The notes beneath the pieces are model-generated. The model did no database searches. It was not told the origin of the DNA and worked only from the letters and a program-made list of their open reading frames with translations. A DNA stretch of 37,113 nucleotides from a virus. Taxonomy: Duplodnaviria; Caudoviricetes. The position numbers were made by a program, and so were the translations under genes. Where the stretch lies: positions 1-37,113 of the IMG/VR virus record IMGVR_UViG_3300005764_000038. One strand, 5' to 3'. Shown in pieces: positions 1-9,862 of the stretch. Every line of letters starts with the position of its first letter. Within the stretch, counting starts at the first letter, position 1.

Positions 1-1462
1 TGACGATGAGCTCACGAAACGCAGAGAGAGACGAGGGCAGGCGCTTGCGTCCGGCTTCGCCTTGCGCCCACGTAGCCGCGCACCGAAAGCTTGTCGCACG
101 GTTGCCGCTCACGATGTCGGCCGTATCGTAAAGGCACATCGTGAAAGCTACCTGCTTCGAAAAGGACCGCATGCCGAGCACTTGAGTGCCGTCCACGTCG
201 GAGCCATCGTAAAGCACCGCAGCGTACGTAAAGCCGTTCGAGCACGCGAAGGCCTTGCTGATAAGCTCGACGTCTGAGATTTGCGCCTGCGCACCCTTGA
301 CCCCGGCGGTAGTGAGCGAACGAAACTTCAGAAGCTTGCGGCCATAGGTGGTAATCGTATTGGTCGCGTTCGTCGTCCAGATGATCCCCGAAGTACTCCC
401 CACCCCCGGCGCGATCGAGATTTGTCGCGCGGCATCGGTCGGCCCCTCCATCGTCGTCGGCGCGAGCACGACCGTTGCGGGTGACGAGGCCTGTCGGATG
501 GCCGCGCGCAGGCCGTTCGTATTGTCGTACCACGCGACCCACACGTTATCGAAGGTGCTTTCGGCATAGACCGCCACGGCACCGAGACCCGAATTCGCAT
601 CTTCACCGAGGGTGCCCACGGCCGTAGACGCGACACCGGCGCAGCGGTTAATCTGAACGACCGGAGTTAGGTTCCGAAACGCGATATAGTATCCCGTACC
701 CCCCACAATCTCCGACGCATCCCATTTCGGTTGAAGGAGGTTTAGGTTATTCACGAGTAGCGTATCGACGCCCCACGCCCGACTTGCACAGCTGTAAGCC
801 CTTGCCCGGATCTCATTGTTCGCCGCGCGGTCATACAGCACGACGATGGTAGCCGGGTCGGAGAGCACGACCTGCGGCGCGGCGCAGTTGCCGGTCACGT
901 TCGATACCTGGATCGGCCCCTGGATCGTTTGCCCGGTATTCACATCGATGACAAGCGCCATGATGATGTGTTGCGCCGCACCAAAGAGCCCCGCCGGGGC
1001 GCCGACCTCCCATGCAATCACAGCAAGGTTATAGTTCGCGGCTACCGCGAAGCTCGGGCCCGACGAAACGATGGTGCCAATGCCGTCACCCGACAGCACA
1101 TCGCGCTGAATCGTCTTCCGCTCGAGTACTTCGACTTCCGAAAGGGAGTAGGCGCCGAAGGCGCCCTGATGGTAGTCGACGCGGCCGAGCGCGTTATTGA
1201 CCGAACCGAGCCGCACGGGTGCCCCTGACGCGATTGTTCGTTGCTGTATGGTGAAGAGGTCATCACCCACCGAAAGCACCCGCTCGAGTGTCGTCAGGGT
1301 CGCATGGTCGAGCCAGCCGAGGCGTTTATCAAAAGACCCTGTTTTGAACACACGCCCGTTTTTGATCTCGCGCATCAGGGGACTCGGCAACGCGAACGTA
1401 TCGACGCTTTCGTCGATCGTGCCGCCGAAAGGCACCTGTACGGTTTGCCACTGAAGGGTCAC
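1..1462 (-). CDS. Tail tubular protein B / P22 gp10-like protein, N-terminal part (absent from the ORF track because it runs off the window)
   Basis: GTG at 1462 overlaps the upstream stop (GTGA). It reads MTLQWQTVQVPFGGTIDESVDTFALPSPLMREIKNGRVFKTGSFDKRLGW, a typical N-terminus for this family. No stop was seen in the stretches translated at both ends. Confidence 0.75.
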   Translation of the reverse strand, partial: MTLQWQTVQVPFGGTIDESVDTFALPSPLMREIKNGRVFKTGSFDKRLGWLDHATLTTLERVLSVGDDLFTIQQRTIASGAPVRLGSVNNALGRVDYHQGAFGAYSLSEVEVLERKTIQRDVLSGDGIGTIVSSGPSFAVAANYNLAVIAWEVGAPAGLFGAAQHIIMALVIDVNTGQTIQGPIQVSNVTGNCAAPQVVLSDPATIVVLYDRAANNEIRARAYSCASRAWGVDTLLVNNLNLLQPKWDASEIVGGTGYYIAFRNLTPVVQINRCAGVASTAVGTLGEDANSGLGAVAVYAESTFDNVWVAWYDNTNGLRAAIRQASSPATVVLAPTTMEGPTDAARQISIAPGVGSTSGIIWTTNATNTITTYGRKLLKFRSLTTAGVKGAQAQISDVELISKAFACSNGFTYAAVLYDGSDVDGTQVLGMRSFSKQVAFTMCLYDTADIVSGNRATSFRCAATWAQGEAGRKRLPSSLSAFRELIV

Positions 1463-1803
1463 GATTGAAGCCTCCGAAAACGGAGAGAGAGCGACCCCCC
1501 CCATGGTGAACGGCAGGCGAGTGCAATCGTGTCACCGGGGGACAGCAGGATGCGCTCCGTCACGAGAAGCATTTCTTTCGGACGAAACGCCGACCACGCG
1601 GTCGCGCTCGATGCTGCGCCGTCGATGCTCGCAAGAAGCTTTGCGGTCGAGCTCGACCCCGAGAAGTCGAACCGGTAGAGAAAGAAGCTCGCGCCCGTGG
1701 CCGTAGCAACGCCCGAGACCGAGTCAGGGACGAGATGCGCGCTCACGAGCTCGGAGGCTTCCGAGATGCGCATTAAGGGTCGGACGTCGCCCTGAAGCGC
1801 CAT
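1459..1803 (-). CDS. Small hypothetical virion-associated protein (114 aa)
   Basis: Abuts or overlaps its neighbours within the structural operon. Confidence 0.65.
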   Translation of the reverse strand: MALQGDVRPLMRISEASELVSAHLVPDSVSGVATATGASFFLYRFDFSGSSSTAKLLASIDGAASSATAWSAFRPKEMLLVTERILLSPGDTIALACRSPWGGSLSLRFRRLQS

Positions 1804-2613
1804 TTACATCGCCCCCGCCCCCCACCGACGACGCATGTAGTCGTGCGGCGGCACAAGATCGTCAGGGGACTTCTCGGTGAGCCACCCCAGGATTTCACCG
1901 ATCCATCCGTCGGCGAAGCCAAACGCAGTACCGCTGTCGACCGCCGAGCCCCCGATCCCGAGCGAGAATGGATCGCCTGCGTTCGTAGTCCCCGGCGTGT
2001 GATAGGCCTGGTTGACGATGTTTTCGACCCCGTTGCCGTACAGAGAAATGTGGCCGGTGCCGAAACCGAAAGCGATGCACTCAACGAAGATCGGGGGCGT
2101 GTTTACCGCGGGCACCGCGACGACCGTCACGAAGGAATCCCCGCGCGCTTGCCGCCCGCCACCCGTAAAGGTGGGCCCCATGTTCAGCTGACATTGGTTG
2201 AAATGAAGGGTCCCGGAACTGATATCGAGCATCGTCGTGGTGAAGATCAACCCGTTCGCTGAAACGCGACGGACGGCGGCCATCACAGTGAGGCCGCTCA
2301 TCGCCGAAAAGTCCCCGAGCCCAGTCACGCAGCCAAGGATCTGGCTCGACGCCGCGACGTATTTTGCGGCCGCAAGCCCGTTGATCCCTGCGCTATCCCA
2401 GGTCGGGCGGTTCTGCGATCCCCATTGCGTCCATGACCGCGCGGTCCCCTTCTTCGATGCCCACGATCCGATCGTTGCGCCGTTCGTGATCGCGCCGCCA
2501 CCTGACGCGGTAAGCGTTGTCGTGTCGGTCGCATCGACCCAAAACGCGAGGCCTGAATCCGTCGACGGGTCATACCCGTACGGTGAGCGCCTTCGGATCT
2601 GCCAGTCTCTCAT
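1804..2613 (-). CDS. LamG/concanavalin-like domain virion protein (about 269 aa)
   Basis: True start is probably the ATG at 2613 (ATGA overlap). Motifs LAFWVDATD, IGSWASKKG, NRPTWDSAGING and DGWIGEILGW...YMRRRWG are typical of phage LamG-like proteins. Confidence 0.7.
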   Translation of the reverse strand: MRDWQIRRRSPYGYDPSTDSGLAFWVDATDTTTLTASGGGAITNGATIGSWASKKGTARSWTQWGSQNRPTWDSAGINGLAAAKYVAASSQILGCVTGLGDFSAMSGLTVMAAVRRVSANGLIFTTTMLDISSGTLHFNQCQLNMGPTFTGGGRQARGDSFVTVVAVPAVNTPPIFVECIAFGFGTGHISLYGNGVENIVNQAYHTPGTTNAGDPFSLGIGGSAVDSGTAFGFADGWIGEILGWLTEKSPDDLVPPHDYMRRRWGAGAM

Positions 2614-3152
2614 AGCGGCTCGAAGTAGCTGTAAAGCGCGACGAGCGCCTGCCCGGCCGTGATGGTTCCCGTAGTCGTCGCGCGCGCGTAGATAGTCGTT
2701 CCGGGGTCGAAGGCCGCTTCGTAGCCGTTTGCCGCGAGCATCGCGGTTCCGAGCGTTGCGATCGAAAGCCCACCGATGATTTTGCGTGTGGTCGCGTTCG
2801 TGACCGGCTGATCTGTCATGATGTCGTTTCCCCCGACGGTCGAGCCGAGCCTGACCTGGACGGTTCCCGTGTCGGAGGCGCCAAGCGCGGTATAGAGCCA
2901 CACGATCGGCCGCGAGAGGACCCACGTTTGCAGGCGCCCCGGCGCTTGCGGCACCGTGTACACGAGCAGATCGGCCGACCCCGCGGAAAGCGGGAAGGTC
3001 AGAAGGCCAAATGTCCGATCGCCCCCGAGCGGGACGTGCACATCGTAGACCGAAAGCGAGTCGTGAATGTCCCCGATCGCGTCGCGGATCTGCTGAAAGG
3101 TCGGGACGAGCGTCCGGTCTTCGCAGTTTCGGGGTGGGGTGAAGTTTCTCAT
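2610..3152 (-). CDS. Hypothetical beta-rich structural protein (180 aa)
   Basis: Coupled gene in the structural operon, with Thr/Gly/Val-rich beta-strand character. Confidence 0.7.
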   Translation of the reverse strand: MRNFTPPRNCEDRTLVPTFQQIRDAIGDIHDSLSVYDVHVPLGGDRTFGLLTFPLSAGSADLLVYTVPQAPGRLQTWVLSRPIVWLYTALGASDTGTVQVRLGSTVGGNDIMTDQPVTNATTRKIIGGLSIATLGTAMLAANGYEAAFDPGTTIYARATTTGTITAGQALVALYSYFEPL

Positions 3153-3155
3153 GGG

Positions 3156-3845
3156 TCATCGACGAAACCACCAAATGTCCTCGCGCGACGCCGCGCTCCG
3201 GACGTCTTGCACCGTGGGGGCGCGCCCGAGATCGAGCGGGGTCGCCTGATCTTCGAGCCGCTTTTGATAACGTTCCTTCTGTTGAACGAAGATTCCGGGG
3301 TCTTGCTCCTGTTTCGCGGCACACTTGATACAGCAGTCGAGCACGATGTATTCGTCTTCACCCATCCATGACGTGGCGCTGTCGTCCACGAAAGCCGGCG
3401 GCTTTTCAATGTAGAAGACGACCACCGTATATACCGCCGCGGGCGGCGGATAGAACTGTATTACCGACAACGTATCGCTCTCACGAATCACCCAATACTT
3501 AGTGCGCGCGTAGTCCCATGACCGGGTGGAAAGCAATAGCAAGTCGACCGTCGGATCAAGCGGCTCGATCGGTACATAGCTATCCGCGATCTGCATTCGG
3601 ACGCCGATCAGGCGCGAGAAGTCATCGAGCAGGTTATACGAGCTCTGTCCCACAATCGTGGGGATAAGCTGCGCGCTTCGTCCAAACTGCCCGGCGGGCC
3701 AAAGGTTTACAAGTAGAGAGTGCAGCTCGCGGGCCGAGTCGACGATGTAATTGTTTAGCTCGTCATCGGTCACGAAGGTGTCCGCGTCCGGCCAGCCCAT
3801 ACGCTGCCGAATCAACCCGCGAAGCTGCAGTCTCGTGTATGCCAT
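3156..3845 (-). CDS. Head-tail adaptor / tail tubular protein A-like protein
   Basis: N-terminus MAYTRLQLRGLIRQR...FVTDDELNNYI, then SYNLLDDF and FYPPP...YIEKP. Located after the capsid gene. Confidence 0.75.
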   Translation of the reverse strand: MAYTRLQLRGLIRQRMGWPDADTFVTDDELNNYIVDSARELHSLLVNLWPAGQFGRSAQLIPTIVGQSSYNLLDDFSRLIGVRMQIADSYVPIEPLDPTVDLLLLSTRSWDYARTKYWVIRESDTLSVIQFYPPPAAVYTVVVFYIEKPPAFVDDSATSWMGEDEYIVLDCCIKCAAKQEQDPGIFVQQKERYQKRLEDQATPLDLGRAPTVQDVRSAASREDIWWFRR

Positions 3846-3848
3846 GAC

Positions 3849-4088
3849 CTAGTAAGAGGCCGCCTTGCCTCCGTCTTCCTCGTCGTCTTCTTCTTCCTCT
3901 TCCTCTTGTCCGACGACCGCCTGTGCTCGGCCGAGGCACTCGAAGGCCTTTTCGAAGTTGCCGGCTTGCATGTGTTTGTACATGCGTTTTAAGTACTGGG
4001 CTCCGATGCTCGCGGGCTTCGGGCCATCGGCCTCGTCGTCCCGCGCCTCATCGAGTCCCTTACCCATGAGAGATTTGAGAGCGCTCAT
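3849..4088 (-). CDS. Small acidic hypothetical protein (79 aa)
   Basis: Coupled ORF with an E/D-rich tail. Confidence 0.65.
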   Translation of the reverse strand: MSALKSLMGKGLDEARDDEADGPKPASIGAQYLKRMYKHMQAGNFEKAFECLGRAQAVVGQEEEEEEDDEEDGGKAASY

Positions 4089-4486
4089 CGGTTTGCCAGG
4101 GCCCCTTTCCGGTATGCCACGTTAAACGCCACCATTGGGCCGGTAAGGTTTGCGGCCGTGCCTGCCGTAGATTGCGTTTCAATTACGAAGGACGCGGGCG
4201 TTGACTTGTCCCCAATGCTCGGCGTGAGAATCACCTTCACCTGATTCGCGTTTGCTGTTGCGGTCCACAGACTCGCATCGATGTACAGAAACTCGACGCA
4301 GGGTTCGGTGAGCGTGATTGTGTATTGACCGGTTGACGGGGCCGAAACGGTAAAGGGTCCAGCGCTCTTCACGCTCGGCGCCGAGGCGCCTGCCGTGGTG
4401 AACCGCCCCGATACTCGGACGGTGTTTGCTACCCCCTCTTGGGCAGAAGGGTAATTTGCACGCATCCTGGTTTGTGCGAGTGCCAT
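4085..4486 (-). CDS. Probable capsid decoration / minor head protein (133 aa)
   Basis: Immediately downstream of the major capsid gene and beta-rich (STGQYTITL). Confidence 0.6.
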   Translation of the reverse strand: MALAQTRMRANYPSAQEGVANTVRVSGRFTTAGASAPSVKSAGPFTVSAPSTGQYTITLTEPCVEFLYIDASLWTATANANQVKVILTPSIGDKSTPASFVIETQSTAGTAANLTGPMVAFNVAYRKGALANR

Positions 4487-4493
4487 CGGTCCT

Positions 4494-5714
4494 CTAGAAG
4501 AGCATCACGCCGAGGTTTACGGGCTTCGCCCACGCGTAATTCAGAAACGCGGCGCCGCGGATGTCATAGGTGAAGTCCGTGGACTCACGGATCATCATGC
4601 TTCCATCCGCGTCGTCGATCTTCACGGGTGCGTCTTGCGAGTGGATGCAAACCCCGTCACCGATCCGCACGAGATAGCCGTGGCCATCGTTGCAGGACCT
4701 ATCCGCCACGACATCGATCGGCCCGCGCACGCCGATGATACGCACCGAGTCGAAACCGACCGTCGCGTTCATGCCCTGCGCATCGACCCGCGTGTGCACG
4801 AGCTTGATATCGCGCTCGGTCATGAGGTCGTTCAAAGTCGGCCACGACACGAAGGCCGTATCGGGCTTACCCTCTTCACGGCCCATGATGGCGCCGAGCT
4901 GCCGGATTGCCTGCGAGACGGGAAGGCCCGTCACGGTCGCGCGAGAGCCCGCGAGCCGCGAGGCATCGACGGAGCGCACCGCGGTGTAGAAGGCCGTACC
5001 GAGCCCTGTGGTGACGTCCGGGACCCAATCGGCAAGGCCTGCGCGGCCGATACCGAAGTCACCGACCGGGAAGATAAAGTCGTTTGCGGCCGCGGTCGCA
5101 ATGCCCGCCGTCCAGTTGCCCGTAGCCGTGACCGTTGCGGCGGAGCGATCGACGGAAAGCACCGTAACCGTACCCGCCTTGATCGCACCCGTGAGGCCGT
5201 TTGCTACCGAGGTATTGAGCGTCTGCCCCGCGTAAAACTTCGTGATGTCGCCCGGGTCGGCAAGCGTGATCGTCGGGGTGGCGGTGTTAGAGCCCGCGCT
5301 GATTTGCCCGATGGCCGCGCCACGGTGATTGAAGAAGTCGGCCCCTGCGTTATTCGAAAGCGACTTGATCACCGAGTCGGTGACATTGCGCAGAAGCTCA
5401 ACGAACGCGCCCGGGTCTTGCGCCTCTTCCATGGCCTTTTTCTGAAGGCTCTTCGCGTCGTAATCCTCGACCGTGGGCACATTGAAGTGCACAAAGTTCG
5501 TGGTGTTCGTCTTGCTGAGCGCGTTGGTACTCGTGTGCGACCGGTTCGATGCGTAGCCGTACTGGACCGGAAACCGGTAGTACGCACCCGTCATGCGGTG
5601 CTTCTTCACGGCAGCGAAGCCCGGATTGTCTTCGTAGGCGGTGTTTGCGACCCCATCGGGGCCGTAGTCTTCTTTCAGAATGTCGTTAACCGACGATGCG
5701 GTGATAGATGCCAT
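4494..5714 (-). CDS. Major capsid protein (406 aa)
   Basis: Follows portal and scaffold. N-terminus ILKEDYG...YEDNP and C-terminus NYAWAKPVNLGV are HK97-fold-like, with an internal beta-rich insertion. Confidence 0.85.
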   Translation of the reverse strand: MASITASSVNDILKEDYGPDGVANTAYEDNPGFAAVKKHRMTGAYYRFPVQYGYASNRSHTSTNALSKTNTTNFVHFNVPTVEDYDAKSLQKKAMEEAQDPGAFVELLRNVTDSVIKSLSNNAGADFFNHRGAAIGQISAGSNTATPTITLADPGDITKFYAGQTLNTSVANGLTGAIKAGTVTVLSVDRSAATVTATGNWTAGIATAAANDFIFPVGDFGIGRAGLADWVPDVTTGLGTAFYTAVRSVDASRLAGSRATVTGLPVSQAIRQLGAIMGREEGKPDTAFVSWPTLNDLMTERDIKLVHTRVDAQGMNATVGFDSVRIIGVRGPIDVVADRSCNDGHGYLVRIGDGVCIHSQDAPVKIDDADGSMMIRESTDFTYDIRGAAFLNYAWAKPVNLGVMLF

Positions 5715-5764
5715 GGCCGGGATTCCTTCCCCGGCAGGCCCGCTCTCTTAGTTCGGGTGCCGGG

Positions 5765-6883
5765 TTATCGGCGCCACCCTTCGGCAACCATCCGTGTCGC
5801 GCGTGCTCGACGCTCTTCCGGCGTGAGCCCCGCGGGCGGGGTTGCGACTGTCGCGGCGTCTTTATTCGTCACCGGCCCACCGACGGCCCGAGTTTTTGCG
5901 CCTTTCGACGCTGGCGTTGCTCGCTCGCCACGTTCCTTAGCGCCACTCGGCGCCTTGGTATATTTTGCTTTGTTCCGCGCGGCTTCCCGCTCCATGTGAG
6001 CGAGCACCGTGGGAATGGGAGCCTCACGATTCGTCCTTCGATAGAAGTCGAGGCGAAGCTCCATAAGGGTATCGAGAATGTCGGACGCTTCGTGGTATTC
6101 GGAAAGCGTCGGATAGTCCGAGCTTGAGTCTTCCCAGGCCTGAGCGTGCTCGCGGTGAAGGGTTGCCAGCGCGGTCTTCGTGCGCTCTTCGGCCGTCTCC
6201 CGGCCCCGCTCATCGCGAAGCGCCTTCAGCTCGGCTTCTAGCGCTTCGGCCTTCGCGAGAGCGGCCTCGGCGGCCTTTTCAGCCGGGGTCTTGTCGACCT
6301 TTGCGACCGCGGATTTCGCGACTTCCCGGAAGTCAAAGCCGTGCTTTTCGAGCCACGCGGACGGGTTTTCGACGCGAAGCTTCGAATCGGCTTCCGAGTC
6401 TGACTTCGCTCGCGCCTGCTCGGCACGCCACGCGGCCGACTCCCGGCGCTCGGCCTTCGCGGCCTTCTTCGAAGAGCGCACCTTGCGCCACTCGCGTTCC
6501 AATTTTTCGAGCTCGCTTGCATCGCCATCGTCGGGCGCGGGCTCCTTCGGTTTCGGCGGCTCGGCGGGCTTCTCTTCGGTCGGGGTGGCCGGTTTGAATT
6601 TCCCATCTTCGCCGCGTTCGGGGGTCGTTCGTTCGCGTTCGGCTTTAGCGCGCGCCTTCTCCCCCGCTTCGGCGGCTTGCTTCGTGGCCTGCTCGATCGA
6701 TTCGTTCGTGGCACCCCGCATCACTTCGGCGGCCTTCGCGATGGCCGCGGCGCGCCCCTTGATTCCTTCCCCGAGCGTCGCCCCGCCTGCCGTCGACGGG
6801 GTCGGCGCCGTCTCGCCTTGCGGCGCGGGCGCGGCCTCCGGTGCGGCGGGCGCCGCCGGTGCTTCTGTTGCCTCGTCGCTCAT
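5765..6883 (-). CDS. Capsid scaffolding protein (372 aa)
   Basis: A/E/K/R-rich coiled-coil protein with an RGEDGKFK motif, between portal and capsid. Confidence 0.75.
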   Translation of the reverse strand: MSDEATEAPAAPAAPEAAPAPQGETAPTPSTAGGATLGEGIKGRAAAIAKAAEVMRGATNESIEQATKQAAEAGEKARAKAERERTTPERGEDGKFKPATPTEEKPAEPPKPKEPAPDDGDASELEKLEREWRKVRSSKKAAKAERRESAAWRAEQARAKSDSEADSKLRVENPSAWLEKHGFDFREVAKSAVAKVDKTPAEKAAEAALAKAEALEAELKALRDERGRETAEERTKTALATLHREHAQAWEDSSSDYPTLSEYHEASDILDTLMELRLDFYRRTNREAPIPTVLAHMEREAARNKAKYTKAPSGAKERGERATPASKGAKTRAVGGPVTNKDAATVATPPAGLTPEERRARATRMVAEGWRR

Positions 6884-8796
6884 GCGGCCACCTGCGCGGG
6901 CATGGGGGGCGGCGGAAGACCCGGAGGCGCCCCGAGTCCAGGGGGAAGGGGAAGACCCGGAGGCGCCCCCGGGAGACCGGCGGGCATCGGTTCACCCCCC
7001 GGCGGCCCCGGGGGCTCTGGCGGGTTTGCCGCGTTTTGCAGATCGATGATTTGCTCCCGAAACTCACGCAACAAATCGATCCGTTCGGCCGGCACCCCCT
7101 CGCGAAGCTCACACCGTTGGATTTCGAGCTGCACCCGATCGAGCGCGTACGCGAGATCCATGTACGGAGTCGGCGTCTGCTGCTCCCCGTCGTACAACAT
7201 GCGTGCGATCCGTTCGTCGACGATGTCGTATGGCGCATTTGCGAGATCCGTCTCGCTCTTGATATCCCCAAGCTCCATCATGGTGAGCCCGCGGCGCCGG
7301 TCGATGTATCCATTTTTAAGCAAGAAATCGACTTGCTCCATCCGCGCGCCCGGGGTGTGGGCAAGCTGCGAAGAAGACCATGCCTCGATATCTAGGTGCG
7401 TCTCGTCTTCCCCGATCGCCACGTCCGAATACCGGATTTGCTCCAAGTGCTCGCGACCCCGGAAGATCACCATTTCGTCTTGCTTCTCTTCCGTGCCGTC
7501 GAAGCCATCGGCAAGATCGGTGGCCGCTTCGAGTATCGCCTGAGCCAGATCGATATACGAGTTTTCGTACCGCTCGACTGCGGGCTTAAACCGGAGCGAC
7601 TCCGAGTTTTGGTTCACGAGTCGCGCGCGCCCGCTCATCGTTGCACTCGGGGTCTGGCTCTGCGCTTCGAGCTGCGAGACTCCCGTGATGTTGTAAGCGC
7701 GGGTTTCGAGGTACTGAAGATGCTGGAAAATCTGCGCGCTCGCGACGTCGTTCAGGCTGAAGATCGGAGGGCGCCCCGAGTACTCGATAATCGGCAGCTT
7801 CGTCGAATTCGTGATGTGCGCGTGCTGCACCTTCGAGCCTTTCTCGAGAAAGACTTTCAGGTTTCCCCCCATGTAACAGTTATCCTGGATCATCCGGAGT
7901 AGCGCGTTGATCTCGTACTGGATCCCGGTGAGCTCGGCCGGGATACCCGACCCGAAGAAGCCGAAAGGATCTTCCTCCCACCGCCAGAAGCACCCCGGGA
8001 AACGCGGCCAGCGGTAGGGGCGCTTGTAGAAGAGCGCGTTATCGATGCACATCACTTCGAAGCCGTCGGACTTGTCCTCCTCTTGCGGGAAATGCCAGCC
8101 AAAGACGACGAGGGCTTGCGCGCTATTCTCGCTTCCCCAGTACCCGCCCGCGCTCGATGCCTCCCAAATCTCGTCTTTAAACTTCGGACAGCGCGCGGTA
8201 AGGGTCGCTTTGTCGATGAGCTTCGCTTGATAGATGCACTGTGGCTCGCCCCCGATTGCTTCTTGCTCGTCGACGAGCATTTCCCCGGGCAGTATATTCT
8301 CGCTTGTGATCGCGCCCCTGACCTTTAAAACCTTCGTGCCACCGGTGCCGAAGATGACCCCGTTTCGGACGCGCCGTTGCGATAGTTGGTGGATCTTGTC
8401 GCGCACGAAGTGTGCTTGTACAAACCGCTCACGCTTGCGGGATACGTTCAGGAGCCGCCAATCGGCGCCGTCGGTCTGAAAGCTCACATAGGGACGCGAG
8501 CGGCAGATCATCGAAGTCGCGCCGTTGACGCAGTTCCGAACGACGTTCAAGGAGAGGCGCTTTTGCGCGGCGCCCCCTTGTGCGATCGTGCTCGTCGAAC
8601 GACGGTAATTCACGCGGCGTCGATCGACCCCGTACACTCCACGCCATTCGTTCACGGAATAGAGACGAAGGTGGTGCTCGTCGTCGTACCTGCGAAACTG
8701 CGTTCGGCTCGTGATGTCGCGGGCGCGTTGCATGACGGTGCGCGCCAAGTCGCGCCCGTCTTTCAGCCACCATTCGAGCTCGCCGGGATCTCTCAT
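6880..8796 (-). CDS. Portal protein (about 638 aa)
   Basis: Start is probably the ATG at 8796. Motifs LNVVRNCVN, IFGTG and FFGSGIPAELTGIQYEIN, plus a Pro-rich C-terminus. Upstream of scaffold and capsid. Confidence 0.85.
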   Translation of the reverse strand: MRDPGELEWWLKDGRDLARTVMQRARDITSRTQFRRYDDEHHLRLYSVNEWRGVYGVDRRRVNYRRSTSTIAQGGAAQKRLSLNVVRNCVNGATSMICRSRPYVSFQTDGADWRLLNVSRKRERFVQAHFVRDKIHQLSQRRVRNGVIFGTGGTKVLKVRGAITSENILPGEMLVDEQEAIGGEPQCIYQAKLIDKATLTARCPKFKDEIWEASSAGGYWGSENSAQALVVFGWHFPQEEDKSDGFEVMCIDNALFYKRPYRWPRFPGCFWRWEEDPFGFFGSGIPAELTGIQYEINALLRMIQDNCYMGGNLKVFLEKGSKVQHAHITNSTKLPIIEYSGRPPIFSLNDVASAQIFQHLQYLETRAYNITGVSQLEAQSQTPSATMSGRARLVNQNSESLRFKPAVERYENSYIDLAQAILEAATDLADGFDGTEEKQDEMVIFRGREHLEQIRYSDVAIGEDETHLDIEAWSSSQLAHTPGARMEQVDFLLKNGYIDRRRGLTMMELGDIKSETDLANAPYDIVDERIARMLYDGEQQTPTPYMDLAYALDRVQLEIQRCELREGVPAERIDLLREFREQIIDLQNAANPPEPPGPPGGEPMPAGLPGAPPGLPLPPGLGAPPGLPPPPMPAQVAA

Positions 8797-9524
8797 GGTT
8801 GCCTCGCCGCAAGCTGAAGGACGCTCGTTCTGTCGTCCCCGATATCGGCAAAGCGAGCCGTCGGGGGCGGGCCGACATCGGGGTAGCGCGCGGTCGGGGG
8901 CGCCCAAAGGGACGGCACTTGATCCGCGTCCGCGGGGTTTTCGATCGGCTGCCAGTACTTCTCCCGGTCGATCGAAAACCGCTCGGCCTCGTTCGCCGTC
9001 TTGAATTTGCGGAACGGCAGCTTGCTTGCGCTCGCGAGCCGCGCGGCCTCGCGCTCGTTATCGGCTTCGTATGGCCGGTCCCCCTTCAGCCACAAGGCAG
9101 GAATCACCGAATAGGAGCCGTCTCGGTTTCGAACGGTCACGCTGCGCTCGCTCGACCACGAGCCGTCGGGATTGTTCGTGTACTCACCCGGGGCGTAGGG
9201 ACGCGCCGCGCCCGCGGGCACCTTCGGTGCGAGCTCGGGGCGAAGGTGCGTATCGCTTGCCCCGCCGAGCGGGGGCATGGTGCCGGGCGCGTTTTGGATG
9301 GCCGCGGCGGTTCGGTTCGCGCGCGCGACCGCGGCGTACATAGCGGCCTCGTCGGCCTTTTGCTTCGCGCCCCGAATCATGTCGGCCTGCGCGTTCGCGC
9401 GCTCGATGGCCGCACGCATCCGGATTTCGTCGATCGCTTTCTGCTTTTGCTCGACGGTCAAATGCGGATGCGTCGCCACCCGGAAAATGGCATCACGTTC
9501 GGCGGGCATCGTCGGGCCCATCAT
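8793..9524 (-). CDS. Hypothetical protein with NPDGSWSSERSVTV domain (243 aa)
   Basis: Coupled to the portal gene by ATGA overlap. Globular C-terminal half. Confidence 0.7.
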   Translation of the reverse strand: MMGPTMPAERDAIFRVATHPHLTVEQKQKAIDEIRMRAAIERANAQADMIRGAKQKADEAAMYAAVARANRTAAAIQNAPGTMPPLGGASDTHLRPELAPKVPAGAARPYAPGEYTNNPDGSWSSERSVTVRNRDGSYSVIPALWLKGDRPYEADNEREAARLASASKLPFRKFKTANEAERFSIDREKYWQPIENPADADQVPSLWAPPTARYPDVGPPPTARFADIGDDRTSVLQLAARQP

Positions 9525-9721
9525 CCACCCGCACTCGCGTACATGATTTCCTCGTCTTGCCGCGCCTGTTCCATGCGTAGCTTGTCCGCCGGGACGCGCG
9601 CTTCGGCAGGGGGCAAAAGCTTTACCGAGATGCTTCCGACCTGAAACTCGGTTGCACGTGCAACGAGTCCATGCTCCTTCATGAGGCGCAATAGCTCGGC
9701 AAGCATCTCGGCGTCGGTCAT
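9521..9721 (-). CDS. Small hypothetical protein (66 aa)
   Basis: ATGA-type overlaps at both ends, with an upstream AAGGGGAAG RBS. Confidence 0.7.
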   Translation of the reverse strand: MTDAEMLAELLRLMKEHGLVARATEFQVGSISVKLLPPAEARVPADKLRMEQARQDEEIMYASAGG

Positions 9722-9861
9722 CGCTTCCCCTTCAATCGTTTGAAGTACTCCACTTGTGCGAGACGGTGCTCGGCCATGGACTTCGGGACCGGTTTCGAGA
9801 GGCGTTTGCCGCCCTTCGAAAACACGACGTAAAGCCCGGGCTGCCCGCTCGAACGGATCAC
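9718..9861 (-). CDS. Small basic protein (47 aa), not in the ORF track
   Basis: Reads MIRSSGQPGLYVVFSKGGKRLSKPVPKSMAEHRLAQVEYFKRLKGKR and exactly fills the gap between two coupled genes. Confidence 0.65.
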   Translation of the reverse strand: MIRSSGQPGLYVVFSKGGKRLSKPVPKSMAEHRLAQVEYFKRLKGKR

Positions 9862-9862
9862 G

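Noticed and set aside
2614-3324. N-terminal extension of the 506-aa ORF in the track
   Set aside because: Arg-rich off-frame overlap with two real genes. The ATGA-coupled start at 2613 fits better. The same applies to the extensions of the ORFs starting at 8907, 16459, 20786 and 27866.
6914-6969. Direct repeat of about 19 bp (GGAAGACCCGGAGGCGCCC)
   Set aside because: Encodes the repeated GAPPGLP peptide in the portal tail. Two copies only, so not a CRISPR array or att site.
4635-7543. Long plus-strand ORFs (4635-5999, 6180-7049, 6677-7543)
   Set aside because: Antisense shadows of capsid, scaffold and portal genes, as expected in high-GC DNA. No protein-like motifs.
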